Assembly: GCA_951406725.2 (NCBI GenBank)
Contig: OX597836.1
Coordinates: forward strand, 22,940,001 to 23,004,000
Source: Octopus vulgaris
Taxonomy: Eukaryota
Direction: 5' to 3'
DNA: 64,000 bases
In this document: positions 40,164 to 53,659 of the stretch, in pieces
Position numbering within the stretch: position 1 is the stretch's first letter
How the letters are laid out: each line of letters starts with the position of its first letter
Made by a program: the position numbers and the translations under genes
The notes under the pieces: model-generated
Databases searched by the model: none
Told to the model about the DNA's origin: nothing
The model's input: only the letters and a program-made list of their open reading frames with translations

Positions 40164-40182
40164 CATACATATATATATATAC

Positions 40183-40271
<89 letters not shown>

Positions 40272-40374
40272 TATATATATATATACACATATATATATAT
40301 ATACACATATATATATATATATATATACATACATATATATATACACATATATATATACATATCTATAAATATAT

Positions 40375-40430
<56 letters not shown>

Positions 40431-40432
40431 AT
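39768..40432. repeat. Compound (TA)n/(CA)n/(TACA)n microsatellite
   Basis: Directly visible; source of the YIYI ORFs. Confidence 0.95.
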
Positions 40433-40771
40433 ACACTTATGGCCATTAGTGAGTGACCATTGGTTTTGCAGCTAAAAGGTTCTTAGCGGCATATAGATGA
40501 ATTCTCACGCTCGATGGCCGGAGGCACAATGGTATTCCTGAGAGGGAAGTATGTGTGTGTGTGTGTAGTGATTCCTTGGTCTGTTCGATCAGTACAGACA
40601 TGCCGTCAAAACTATTACAACTTCGATTTCATATCGATATCAGATTTCAGGTCGGTCATTCGAGGCTTCGCGTTTTCGTGGGTCAACTCCGACTGGGGTC
40701 AGATTAACTTTGCCCTTCCATGTCTCTCCCCGCATCCCTCCACTACCTGCTCACAGGGTAGTCGGTCACAC

Positions 40772-40802
<31 letters not shown>

Positions 40803-41048
40803 TTACGGTTCCAATTAAAAAAAGAATTTGTCATTGTTGGTTAGTTCCTACTGAACGGGGGTTTTGCGGTTTGTTCTTAATTTAGACAAGTAATTGTATT
40901 TTAGATTTATTTTGAGAATTTTAGCTTCGTAATTGATTTTAAAGGCGAATGCGTTTGACGTAACGTCAATTAGATCTATATCTTTGAAAAACGGTAAATG
41001 ACGTCGTCTCCTTGTACCAAAATTTGGTAAACCAATACCGGAATATCG

Positions 41049-41093
<45 letters not shown>

Positions 41094-41322
41094 CACGTGT
41101 GTGTGTGTGTTTGTGTATGCATATATACTCACTGTTTATCAACACGCCGAAACTAATTTCGTGTTTATCAACACGCTCGCTAACTAATTCTCTGTCTGTG
41201 GCCGGCTTAGAATGATCTGGGACGATGTTAGCACAGCCATGTGTTTTTATTCCAGTATTTCAAAATATCCTTTAAAAAACTATAGTAAACATTGTTAGGA
41301 TCTGTGAGGCGAGGTGGACCTT

Positions 41323-41353
<31 letters not shown>

Positions 41354-42512
41354 TAATTTTGGTATTAGGGGATAAACCAATTATTGACAGGTGCACGAGA
41401 GAACCTGTTAAGGACAAATCTGTCCCAAGGAAAAGAAAAAATCACGAATTTATAATTCTACAGTTTATTGATTCATCAAATTACAGTTTATTTTTTATAT
41501 GGATTTTTAGATTCGAATTTGATTTCGACCGAGGGCTTCGTGAAACTCTGAAGCACACACATACACACACACGCACGCACGCGCGCGCACACACACTCAC
41601 ACACGAGTGTCATGCTCAACGTAGAAGCCTTTTTGGTGTCTGGGCCTATACAAGTGTTTCGATGAATTGCTCGGACGATAAGTAATACATACTTTTTCAT
41701 TGTAAGGGGTTGCAGGATCGATCGTAGCTGACCTGATTGGGTGGACTTGTGGGTAGGACCCTAAGCTACTAAAACAGTGACAGGATACACGAATTTTTGG
41801 CATTCGTTTGTATGTGCATTTTTAAAGGGGGCTTTCTTCGTTTATTATTCCGTGAAAGGGTAGGAAGAAAAACTGTCTTCTGTTCGTATTTTGAACGTCC
41901 AAAGATTCAGAATTTGAAAAAAAAAAAATCTTTTTAAAATTTCTTTTTAAATAATTGTTTGTGTCTTAGGAGATTGACTTTGTATTTGTTTTAATTTTTT
42001 TTAAAATCTGCATGTTTACGAATATAACAAGTACACACACACTTTTTATCTTGTATATGTTTCAGTCATTAGACTGCGGCCATGCTGCAGTACCACCTTG
42101 AAGAATTTTAGTTGAATGGTTCTTCTCTTGTACTTATTTTTTAAAAGTTTGGTACTTATTCTATCGGTTCTTTTGCTGAATCGCTAAGTTAAGAGGACGT
42201 AAACACACCAACCGGGCGGGGAGCAACATAGACACAAAAACATATACATACATACAAACAACATAAATACATGTGTGTATGTATGCTATATATATATATG
42301 TATGTATGTATGTTATATATATATACGTATGTATGTTATATATATATATATGTATGTTATATATATACATATATATATATATATAGGGCATCCAGCCGTA
42401 GAAACACTGCCAGATCAGACTAGGCCTGATGCAGCCTTCTGGCTTCACAGACCCCAGTTGAACCGTCCAACCCATGCTAGCATGGAAAGCGGACGCTAAA
42501 TGATGATGATGA

Positions 42513-42548
<36 letters not shown>

Positions 42549-43148
42549 ATGTACATATGGCGAGTTTCATTGAGTTTCCATTTACCAAGTCCTTAGACAA
42601 GGGTCTGGTTACTCCAAAGTACCATGCAGTGGGACTGAACCCAAATCCATGTGGTTGGAAACCAAGTTTCTTCCCACACAAGCACACATGCACGCATATA
42701 ATATTTCTGTATGAAGTTATATATAAATAGCTGATGGATCACTCAGTAGTTTCTAATAGTGCACTTATTCATTTTAAAAGCTAAATTTTGCCAGTGATTT
42801 TGAAGTTTCAATTTTATTTAATTATTGGTTTCTCTTACAAGGTGGCACATAGCTTAGTGGTTAGTGTGTTGGATTCATAATCCTAAGGTTGTGCTTTTGA
42901 TTCCTGGAGTGGACATTGCGTTGTTTTCTTGAGCAAAACACTTCATTTCACATCACTCCAGTCCACTCAGCTAGCAAAAGTGAGTAATCCTGTGATGAAC
43001 TTACATCCCATCCAGTGGGAGAAATATACACACCGTGGAATGCAAGAAATCAGTCCTCTGAGTGTATGTGACTCTGGAAGGATCTTTATCCTTATCTTAT
43101 CCTTGCAAGACTTGTACCCTTGCATTCTTTGCAAATTTATTATATATA

Positions 43149-43508
43149 TCTCTATATATATAAACGGCAAAATGTCTGTTTGTGTGTGTGTCCTTTATAC
43201 AAATCCACAATTTTTCAGTTAGAGGGCTCGCACTTTCTATGGTCATTCAAAACCATCCAAGGATGATTGTGCACATTTCCCCAGTCACCCTGTAAAGCCA
43301 TTAAAAAATCAATAGAAGTGACTTTTTTGTGAATTTTCTATCCAAAACCCAATCAAAATGCCTGAAACTTGATATGCCAATTGAATGCCAGCTAGCTGTA
43401 TGTAATTGGTCAGAGATTTGGACAGTACTCGCGTGTATGTGCGCACGCACACAGCTGTATATGCATGCACTAGCACTATGACCCAGCGTTGCCAGGTCAT
43501 AGTGCTAG
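43149..43508 (+). mobile_element. Complete non-autonomous Helitron
   Basis: A|TCTCTATATATATAAAC...CTAG|T with a terminal hairpin. Confidence 0.82.
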
Positions 43509-46500
43509 TTACATACTAAAAATCCCTTCCTCTTAAATGAATTCCCCCAAGGAAGCTTCTGTACCTGTGACCCTGTATAGGTCATTCAACATTACATTAT
43601 TAAGTATATTAATGTACCCTTACAAAGTGAATTATATAGTGATGGTCTGTGGCTTAGTGGTTAGTGTAATTGGCTCACAACTGTAAGGTTGTGAGTTCAG
43701 TTCCTATGGCGTGTTGTGTTCTTGCTCCAGTCCACTTGTCCGACAAAAATAAATTGTACCTGTAATTCAAAGGGTCAGCCATGTCACATTCTGTGTTATG
43801 CTGAATCATCATCATCATCGTCGTTTAACGTCCGCTTCCCATGCTAGCATGGGTTGGCCGATTTGACTGAGGTCTGGCGAACCAGATCGCTGCACCAGGC
43901 TCCAGTCTGATCTGGCAGAGTTTCTACATTTGGATGCCCTTCCTAACACCAACCACTCCGACAGTGTAGTGGGTGCTTTTACGTGCCACTGGCACGAGGG
44001 CCAGTCAGGCTGTAACTGGCAACAACCTTGCTCGAATGTTTTTTGACGTGCACCCAGCACAAGTGCCAGTAAGGCGACACAGGTAACAATCACGCTCGAA
44101 TGGTGCTTTTTATGTGCCACCGGCTCTCTGAGAACTGCATTAAGGGTACATGTGTCTGTGGAGTGCTCAGCCACTTGCACATTAATTTCGTGAGCAGACT
44201 GTTCCGTTGATCAGATCAATTGGAACCCTCGTCGCCATAACCGATTGAGTGCCGGTTATACTCTTATGTGATATATTATTGAGTACCTAACTTTAAATGC
44301 TGTTTCTAATGGTCCTCTCCTACAATCATCACCATTATCATTTAATGTTTGTTTTCTATGCTGGCAAGGGTTGGATGGTTTGTCAGGATCCTATGATCCG
44401 CTGGGCCGTATCAGGCCCTAATGTCAACTTTGGCATGATATCTACTGATGGTTGCTCTTCTAAATATCAGCCATTTCACAGAGTGCACCATGTTCTTATA
44501 TGGCACCAGCACTGGTGAAGTCACCAAGTAATATGCAAGGTAAAGAAAGGAATCCCTTCAACTGAATGGGAGTACATTTGAGAGATGGGCAGGGGGTCTT
44601 TATGCCAGGTGTTGAAGGCTAAAGTATGATAACGGGTCAAGCATGGCTAATCTACATTATGTAGGCTGTGTATCTCCTCTATAACAAGACGTGTGTGTGT
44701 GTGTCTTGTAATAGAGAAGATAGACAACCCATTTTAATGTGGGAGATTGTGTGTATGTTTGTATATGGTAACTGAATAGACATGATATAGTGACATAGAG
44801 ATGGTCAAAAACCCTGCTGTAATTGGAACTCCAACCACATGGGAAGGAGGGAGGGTGACTTTAAGTACTTTTAGCCATCTTATTTCCACATTCTACTTTA
44901 AAATATATCTCTCTCACATGCACACACACACACACACACACATGCTTATCTTTATATGAAAAAACTGTGTGAAACTCTTTTCCTGGAACGCCGTGTCAAG
45001 TAGTTTCACATCCTCTCAATAAAGCTGTGTCTGTTGTTTAGCATGGAACCTCTTCCTGATCTAGTAGAACTGTGGTTCAGTGCCGTTAAAAGCCATTCAT
45101 ATTATTATTATTATTTGAACGAGCTGGCAGAATCATGAGAGTACTTCAGACAAAGTACTTAGTGGTATTTCCTCTATATCTCTTTACATTCCGAGTTCAA
45201 ATTCTGCCTAAATCAATTTTGCTTTTCAGCTTTTTGGGGTCAATAAAATGAGTCAAACCCTGGGGGTTGATGTAATCGACTTACCCCCCCTCCCCCAAAA
45301 TTGCTAACCTTGTGCCAAAATTTGAAACCATTATTATTATTATTATTATTATTTGTACTTTATATTCTGGGATCAAATTCTGCTGAAGTCAACTTATCTC
45401 CTAAAATTATTGTCCTTTATTCTTTTACTTGTTTCATTCATTTGACCGCTGCCCTGCTGGAGCACCGCCTTTAGTCAAACAAATCGACCACAGGATTTAT
45501 TCTTTGTTAGCCTAGTACTTATTCTATCGGTCTCTTTTGCCGAACCGCTAAGTTACAGGCACGTAAACGCACCAGCATCAGTTGTCGAGCGATGTTGGGG
45601 GGGGGGGGACAAACACATACACATATATACGATGAGCTTCTTTCAGTTTCCGTCTACCAAACTATTTTCGTTAACTTTCTCAGAATGATGTTATTTCTCT
45701 GTCTGGTGGTGGTGGTGATGTGGGTGGATGTATAAAAGAACAAACTTTAACCCTTTCGTTACCAACCCGGCTGAAACCGGCTCTGGCTCTGAGTACAGGT
45801 GTCTTGTTTTCATAAATTTTGAATTAAAATCTTCCACCAAACCTTAGTCACAATTTATGTTCCTTACACTAGCTGAATGATAACAAAGTTATTTTATAAA
45901 AATTCTTTGTTATATTTAAAGTAATTGAAAGAAACACGGAGCATCTCAAAATAAATGCAGTAATTATTATATTTTTGTTGAAATACACTGCTTTTGTTTG
46001 GGCGGCTACAGTCAAATAACTGAAACAAGTAAAATAATGAAGAAGTTAGTAAAATAACTATGTCATTATTATTATTATTAAGCTGTTTGGAATCTAACTT
46101 AACGTGGAATTTTGGCAGAAGGTTTTAATACAGCTCACTTTAAAACAAGGCATTTGTGTCATAGAAACAGGAGCAGTCTCAGGTGGCTTGGCATCAAAAT
46201 AGTTAACCCTTTTGTTTCTATATTTCTGTGTTAATACCCTGTGTTTATTTGAATTTAAATTTGAAAATAATTATGAATTTAGTAAACTAACTTTGTCGTT
46301 ATTATGTTAGTGAATATGGCTGCAAGCTGGCAAAATCACACTGGAAAAAATGCTTGGCAACATTTCATCCTTCTTTGCATTCTGAGTTCAAATTCCGTCG
46401 AGTTTGACTTTGCCATTTATCCATTCAGGGCTAGACCAAACAAGTACCAGTCATGTACTGGGGTTGATGTAATTGACTAGCCCCTTCTTCCAAAATTTCA

Positions 46501-47026
46501 GGCCTTATGCCTATAATAGAAAGGATTATTAAGTTAGTGAACGGAACTTAAATTACTATGAAATTTTGATAGGGTGTTGATAGAATGATTTGATAGAATT
46601 TAGATTACGTTAAAACTGAATATTCAAGGATGGTCACAAGCAGGTTGGGATCAAAAGGTTTAAATCACTGTAGAAAAGTAGAATCTTGTCTCACTCACCT
46701 CATACATTTCTGGATGATGATATAATGGTAAGAAAGTGATTCGCAAATGGAAATAATTTGCCAAGATAGTGTGAAGTATAAATTGTAATGTTGACAAAGT
46801 TTTTGCACATGTGTGTGTGTGTATATATATGTGTGTGTGTGTATATATATATATGTGTGTGTGTATATATATATATACACACACACATACATACATACAT
46901 ATGAGAGGGATGACCACTATGTGGACAACCCTTATGCTAGAAGTAGATCCGCTATGGTCTGACCACTAATAAATGTTCTCAAGAAAATTAAAATTTAGCA
47001 AACACTGCAGTGAATTATTTTCTGCA

Positions 47027-47061
<35 letters not shown>

Positions 47062-47062
<1 letters not shown>

Positions 47063-47274
47063 TAGCAATATAGGATGAAGTCCTTTTCTCTACAGAAAAG
47101 GAATCCATCAGGAAGCGTGGGCAGTATATTTAAAAAAACCGTTACGGTTGAAGTATAAACATCATATAATTAAGGGCTAAAGAGGGTTATTCTAAAGCCA
47201 ATACACTGATTTATCCACTTATAATCCGCTTGCTACAGGAGAATTGAAACTGAAAACGGGCAACTAACCTTTAG

Positions 47275-47290
<16 letters not shown>
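47062..47290 (-). mobile_element. Probable Helitron remnant between (TA)n tracts
   Basis: Hairpin TCCTTTTCT/AGAAAAGGA followed by TATTGCTAG|T. Confidence 0.5.
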
Positions 47291-47331
<41 letters not shown>

Positions 47332-48349
47332 AACACAAAACCGTTGCTATTTGTTTTGTATACACAACGCTATTTGAGCCAATCAGCAATGAAAGGAGTG
47401 TTCCACTGGTAACTATCCTGTTTAGTTATTTGTATCTAGGATTACATCAAAACGAAGGTACATAACTGAGTAGTTAGGGCCGTAGACTATTAATTGGTAG
47501 TTCATGGGTTCAGCTTTGGACCAAGTGAAAGACTTTGCATCCTTAAGCAAGGCATTATATTTCACATCACGTCAGCCCACACCATCATCACCACCACCAC
47601 CACCAATGACTGTTGGGGTTTAACTCTGTAATGGGCTATTGTTTCCTTCAAGGGTGAGTTTTGTGCTCAGTCACTTAAACCCTTTGGAAACTTTGGGGTA
47701 AGCTCTAAGCTCTAGCATAGTGGGGCATAAATTATAACTTCCCCTTTTTTTTTGTTTTGTTTTTAAGATGATAAGGTGTGATTTGGAGGATAAGCACGGT
47801 GGATGTTTAAATGATGATTTACATATATATATATATATATATATACATATATACATATACAAGGGGGTACTGAAAAGTTCCTGGCTTTGGGTAAAAGAAT
47901 GATTTTATTCAACATATTCCCCTTTTAGATTCATTCACTTATTGCAGTGGTCCTTCAGTTTTTGTAAGCCCTGTAAAAGAACTCGGAAGCTAGGCCTCTA
48001 ACAAGGCTTTTCATGATCCCTTTAAAGCCACAAACTGTTTGGCACCCCCACCTACATCTGCATTTCCATGTGAGTAGCATGGGGGGTCCAATAGTTTTTG
48101 TGAGGTTGTGTTTTACAGCCTGATATGCTTCCTGTTGCCAACCCTTAATCACCTCTTAAAACATGCCGGGACACAGTGTAGCTATTCTAGGGGCAATGGA
48201 TTGGCAGAATTTGGAAAGAGATGGACAAAATACCTTGCAGCATTTATTCACATCCCTTTACATTCTTGTTTCAAATCCCCTTTCAACCCTATAAGGTTGA
48301 TAAAGGACCAGTGAATCATTAAGTCAATATTATTTAATGTTCAGTTATG

Positions 48350-48850
48350 TGGGTGCTGGTACCTCATAAAAAACATTAGTGTCATGTAAAAAGCATCGGT
48401 GCTGGTGCCACTTAAAAAGCACTAGTGCTGGTTCCACATAAAATGTTCTGGTGCTGGTGCCACATGAATAGCACTGGTAGTGGTGCCATGTAAAAAGGTG
48501 CTGGTCTCACGTAAAAAACACTGGTACTGGTGTCATGTAAAAAGCTCTGGTGATAGTACCACATAGAAAGCACTGGTGCTGGTACCATGTAAAAAGCTAT
48601 TGTAGTGGTGCCATGTAAAAAAAACCTGGTGCTGGTGTCACACAAAAAGCTCTGGTGCTGGTGTCACACAAAAAGCTCTGGTGCTGGTGTCACAAATAGC
48701 TCTGATGCAGGTGTCACACAAAAAGCTCTGGTGCTGGTGTCACAAAAAGCTCTGGTGCTGGTGTCACAGAAAAAGCTCTGGTGCTGGTGTCACAGAAAAA
48801 GCTCTTGTACTGATGCTACATAAACAGCTCTGGTGCTGGTGCCACATAAA
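48350..48850. repeat. ~28-bp minisatellite
   Basis: Repeated AAAAAGCTCTGGTGCTGGTGTCACAC; continues into an RTE 3'UTR-like tail. Confidence 0.88.
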
Positions 48851-49449
48851 AAAAGAATTGAGTACATTCTGTAAAGTGGTTGGCATTAGAAAAGGTGTCC
48901 AGTTGTAGAAACCAAGCTAAACCAGACTATGGAACCATGCCAGTTTCTGTCAAGTTGTCTAACCCATGCCAGCATGGAAAACACATTAAATGTTGATGAT
49001 ATTTCCAGGCATTTACTGCCTTTCTTTATTGATTCTTCCAAATCTTAAAGACTGATGATAATACATGTAGACAGTCCTCCATGTTTCTCTGTGTGTATGT
49101 TTGTAAATATTTTGTATTTATTTGACAAATGATTTGATTTGTGACTGTGTATTCTAACTGTAACAAGTCTTATATTTTCAATGTTATATGTTTGTTTTTT
49201 TATCAGTCTTACAACCTAATCAATGAGACATTAATTTATTCTGTATATCCTATAATCTATTTCTATCAAAATAAAAATCAAATGGAAATTGTAGTTAAGA
49301 TATCTTCTGAACGTGGCTGATGCCAGCACCACCTGACTGGCGTCCATGTTGGTAACACGTAAAAAGCACCAACCGATCGTGACTTGGGAAGGGGTCTTAT
49401 CCTTGTTATCCTATATTTATGTGTGTGTATATGCCAAATCATGATAGTT

Positions 49450-50620
49450 ACAGAGAGGGCCTAGATGAGATGCAGTTTGGTTTTGCACCTAGGAGAAGCA
49501 CTACTGGTACTATATTCCCTGTAAGGCAACTGCAGGAGAAGCATTTAGCAAAAAATAAACCCCTGTATTTGGTTTTTGTTGGTGTGGAGAAAGCCTTTGA
49601 CAAAGTTCTCCCACTCACTAATTTAGTGGTTAGTGCAGAAGCTAGGGATAGATGAGTGGTTGGTGAGAGCCATACAAGCTATGTACACAGATCTTGAAAG
49701 CCAGCAATGTGTATATCTATAAATTTAGTGTACAGGTAGGAATTCACCAAGGATTAGTCCTTAGAACCCCCCTCCACTCTTGTTTCTTTTAGTCTGCCAG
49801 GCCATAACAGGAATTTAAGATTGGTTGCCCTTGTGAGCTCCCTTATGACTGAATCTCTGCAAGAATTAAAGAAGAGATTTCAGGTGTGGAAGCAAGGTCT
49901 AGAATCTAAGAGACTTAGAGTTAATTTAGCAAAGACCAAAATCCAAGTAAGTAGGTAAGCAGACAAATCACCAATCCTTTCAGGAAGACGAGCCTGCTCA
50001 GTATGAAGAAAAGATGTAGGCAGGCATCTTGTTTAGTGTACTTAGTGCAAGCTATGAACATGTAAGAGGTGCCGTGGTAGCACCTCTATGGGCAGCGAGC
50101 TGGCAGAAACGTTAGCACGCCAGGCAAAATGCTTAGCGGTATTTCGTCTGCCGTTGCGTTCTGAGCTCAAATTCCGCCGAGGTTGACTTTGCCTTTCATC
50201 CTTTCAGGATCGATAAATTAAGTACCAGTTATGCACTGGGGTTGATGTAATCGACTTAATACCTATGTCTGTCCTTGTTTGTCCCCTCTATGTTTAGCCC
50301 CTTGTAGGCAATAAAGAAATAAGAGGTGCAGTGGTAGCACAGGAAGGTTTGCAGTGAAAGTTGTCTTACTATGTGACAGATGTGCAGGTACAATAAACAC
50401 TAAGAATCTACAGGAAATAGACTCCCTTAAATGTCTGGTGGGGTGGGGATCTTTAGAAGTAGTAGATAGCTTTCATTCCTTAGGCAACCAAGTTAGCAGT
50501 GGAGGAGGACGCTGTGAAAGTGTAGTTGCCTGAATAAGAACAGGTTGGGCAAAATTCAGTAAAAGGAGTAAAAAGGAAGCTCACTCTCAGAGTGAAAGGC
50601 AGATTGTATGATGCCCGAGT
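49450..50620 (+). mobile_element. RTE LINE RT fragment, degenerate
   Basis: LDEMQFGF..RSTT..IF.VRQLQEK.L...KPLYL.FV..EKAFD. Confidence 0.88.
50092..50322 (+). mobile_element. SINE family B inserted into an RTE LINE
   Basis: TSD AAGAGGTGCCGTGGTAGCAC / AAGAGGTGCAGTGGTAGCAC. Confidence 0.8.
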
Positions 50621-51340
50621 ACCTAACCATGTGATCTCGGTGTTCTGTCCTACAGTGCAGCACCTTGGGCAAGTGTCTCCTATGATCATTCCCTGGCCAA
50701 CCAAAGCCTTAAGATTGGACTTGGTAGACAGAAACTGAAAGAAGCTTGTCATGTGTCTGTCTTCACAATATGTAATGGCTGTGGACGAATATCATCATCA
50801 TCATCATCATCATCAACAGACAAATGATGGTCATTTGCAATTTTCTATGAAGAAATCATTACCTTACTTGGAAATAGTCGAGGGTTGGCAACAGGAAGGG
50901 CATCTGCCCATAGAAAATCTGCATCTACCAACAAATTCCGCCTGACCCATACAGGCATGGAAAAGTGGATGGTGGTACTGGTGGGGATGGTAATGGTTGT
51001 AGCAGTGATAATGGTGTGCAGAGGGAGTGGGGTTTATTTTGGTGGTAGTAATGATGATGATGATGATGATGATGCCAGTGGTGCTACTGCTGATGCTAGC
51101 CTGCTTTACTGATTCTACCAAGTGCACAATATATTCACATAACTTCACACTACCGTCCTAGCTGATGCAATCCATTTTTGATTTCCTAACTCCATCCTTA
51201 CCAAGCCTCCCCACTGACATTTTCTTCATTTGTAGTCATAGATAATAATCATTCCTCTGTCTCACATTCTCTTCTTCTCTCTCTCTCCCTCTAGCATGTA
51301 ATTCAATATAAGAACTACTCCATTCCAAAACACCACCAAA

Positions 51341-51410
51341 ATGACCAACCAGGAAATCAAGTTACCTCCAAGATGGCTCCGTTGCCCACGGAGAGGAAAA
51401 CCTATTGTTG
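51341..51410 (+). CDS. RNGTT: RNGTT mRNA capping enzyme, first coding exon MTNQEIKLPPRWLRCPRRGKPIVG
   Basis: PPRWLxCPRRG N-terminal signature; AAA-ATG context; GTATGT donor; upstream acceptor at 51294 implies a non-coding exon further 5'. Confidence 0.95.
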
Positions 51411-51937
51411 GTATGTTTTATTCTTTTATTCTTTTATTGGTAACAATCATTAGCCTGTGGCCATACTGGGGCACTGTCTTTCTAAGATGTAGTCAATTGC
51501 ACTGAACGTAGTACTATTTTATTAAAAGCTTGAAAGGTAAGTTGGATTCAGCAGGATTTGAACCCCAGAATTAAAGGAATGTAATTAAATACAACAAGGT
51601 ATTTTATTCTTTCTATCACTTACCTTGTTTGATAAAAAAATACAAGTATGTATGTTTGATCTACACTGTTGTGTGTGTATGTATATATATATATATATAT
51701 ATATATAATTGAAGAGGTAAACTTAGAAACAAAGTTTAAGTCAATCAGCAAATTCCCAAACGGAAATCACATACACGTGCCATTTGAGTGACACTGGGGT
51801 GCGTAAAATATGCCACTGGCATGGGCGCCAATTTGTGTGACACTGGTATCTGCCATGACTACGATTTTGCTTGGCTTGATGAGTCTTCTTCTCAGGCACG
51901 TCATAGTCCCAAAGGTCTCTGTACATATATATTTATA

Positions 51938-52399
51938 TCTATATATATAAAACTCAACTTGTGTGTCTGTGTGTTTAACTTCCCGGCACATCTCCTACCA
52001 AAAATGGGTCACTTAAAGTTTAGGCGAATGAAAATTGAACTGCGCTATTTCTGTTCTGAAATTCACCTCGCAAGTGCAAAAATCGATAATGTGTTTGTTT
52101 AGGCCTTATCCCATGCATTGAATAGTGAACTTTACTGAGTCAGATGTTTGACGTGAACTGTGTTCACCACGCGTGCAAGCATGCGTAAATTGCATGAAAA
52201 ATAAAAAATCAAGATATAAAAACGAATCGCCGTAAACATTATAGAAATTCAGCAAAGAAATGAATTTTCGGGATGTAGCCTGGAGGTTTTTTTCGTATTA
52301 ATCGTTTGGACTTTGTGAAGACTTACCAATTGTTTTCATAACATTTTTAACGCTTTGAATTAAATGTGACCATTTTGCAAAGCTGGGCAATACTGCTAG
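51938..52399 (+). mobile_element. Non-autonomous Helitron
   Basis: A|TCTATATATATAAAAC...GGGCAATACTGCTAG|T. Confidence 0.78.
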
Positions 52400-52607
52400 T
52401 ATAATTATATATATGTGTGTGTGTGTGTATGTATAAAACCTATCCAATTCTGTATATGCTGTTTCAAGTCCTCGTACTCATAGGGCCAGTTACCTGATTT
52501 CTATGGTATATAAGTGATCAAGATCACAATGCTCCTCCTGAGTGGGACACCAGTTCATCACAGATTCTGTACATGAGATATTGTGATTTGTGTGCAACCC
52601 ATGCTAG

Positions 52608-52945
52608 CATGGAAAGCAGAAGTTAAACGATGATAGTTTTGAGATTTGGTTTATTTAAGCTGAATTTTTGTCACACACACACACACACACACACATTCGG
52701 ATGCTCCTTCTCATGCATATACACATACATGCACACCAATCCACACACCTGCATGCACACACACACACACACATCCACACACCCAATGGAAAGCGGACGT
52801 TAAACGATGATGATTTTGAGATTTGGTTCCTTTAAGCTGAATTTTTGGCACACACACACACACACACACACATTCGGATGTTCCTTCTCATGCATATACA
52901 CATACATGCACACCAATCCACACACCTGCATGCACACACACACAT
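52608..52945. repeat. ~180-bp local tandem duplication upstream of RNGTT coding exon 2
   Basis: ATGGAAAGC...TTTTGAGATTTGG...CACACCTGCATGCACAC occurs twice. Confidence 0.85.
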
Positions 52946-53022
52946 ATACATGTGCACACTCATTCACACACATAAACACGCAGACATGCATTCAGTAATC
53001 AAAATTGCTTTTATCTTTTCAG

Positions 53023-53132
53023 GAAAATTTTTACCTTTCAAAACTCCACTGGACTCAAGATACAATGGTCTCGTTGCGGATGAGTTCAAATTTGATGTTG
53101 GTCTCCTATTTGGTTCTCTCAAGCATTACAAT
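53023..53132 (+). CDS. RNGTT: RNGTT coding exon 2, KFLPFKTPLDSRY...SLKHYN
   Basis: FLPxKTPL motif; CAG acceptor, GTAAGA donor; phase 1 to 0. Confidence 0.95.
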
Positions 53133-53437
53133 GTAAGATTTTTCTGTCTTTTATCAATAGTTTTCATGTTTTTATAACTATTGCCGTATGTACCTTTTAC
53201 CTTTTCTTACCATATACACTGCCTTCGTTTCAATGAATTTTGAAGATAATGAATTTACTAAAATCATCATCATATGTCTGCTCTCTATACTGGCATAGGT
53301 TGGATGGTTTGACAGGAGCTGGACAGCTGCCCAGGTGACTGGCTCCTGTCAAACCACCCAACCCATGTCAACGTGGAGAACAGATGTTAAATGAAAATGA
53401 TGATTTTGTCACTTTTAAACTGGTGTTTGGAACTTAA

Positions 53438-53659
53438 CCCTTTAGCATTTAAACCGGCCATATCCGGCCATAAATATTCTGCTTGTTTTATGTTCAAAAT
53501 GGCCAGATCTGGTCTCTCACACCAACCCTACAATATCATTTTAAAAATTAACAGCTACCTCATCAAAATATCAAAGCTACATGGTAATGCCTGATTAGTT
53601 CAAGGCAATGTGGATGAAAAAAACCTTAATTTTGGTAGAATAATGCGAACAGTAAAGGG
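53438..53659. mobile_element. piggyBac-type MITE
   Basis: TTAA-CCCTTT...AAAGGG-TTAA; related TTAACCC..GGTTAA elements at ~18857-19085, ~45747-46662 and ~53707-54179. Confidence 0.75.

Noticed and set aside
41265-41273. Other ATATCCTT U12-donor-like hits (also minus strand at 23521-23528)
   Set aside because: No matching branch site plus AC found; several chance hits are expected in AT-rich DNA
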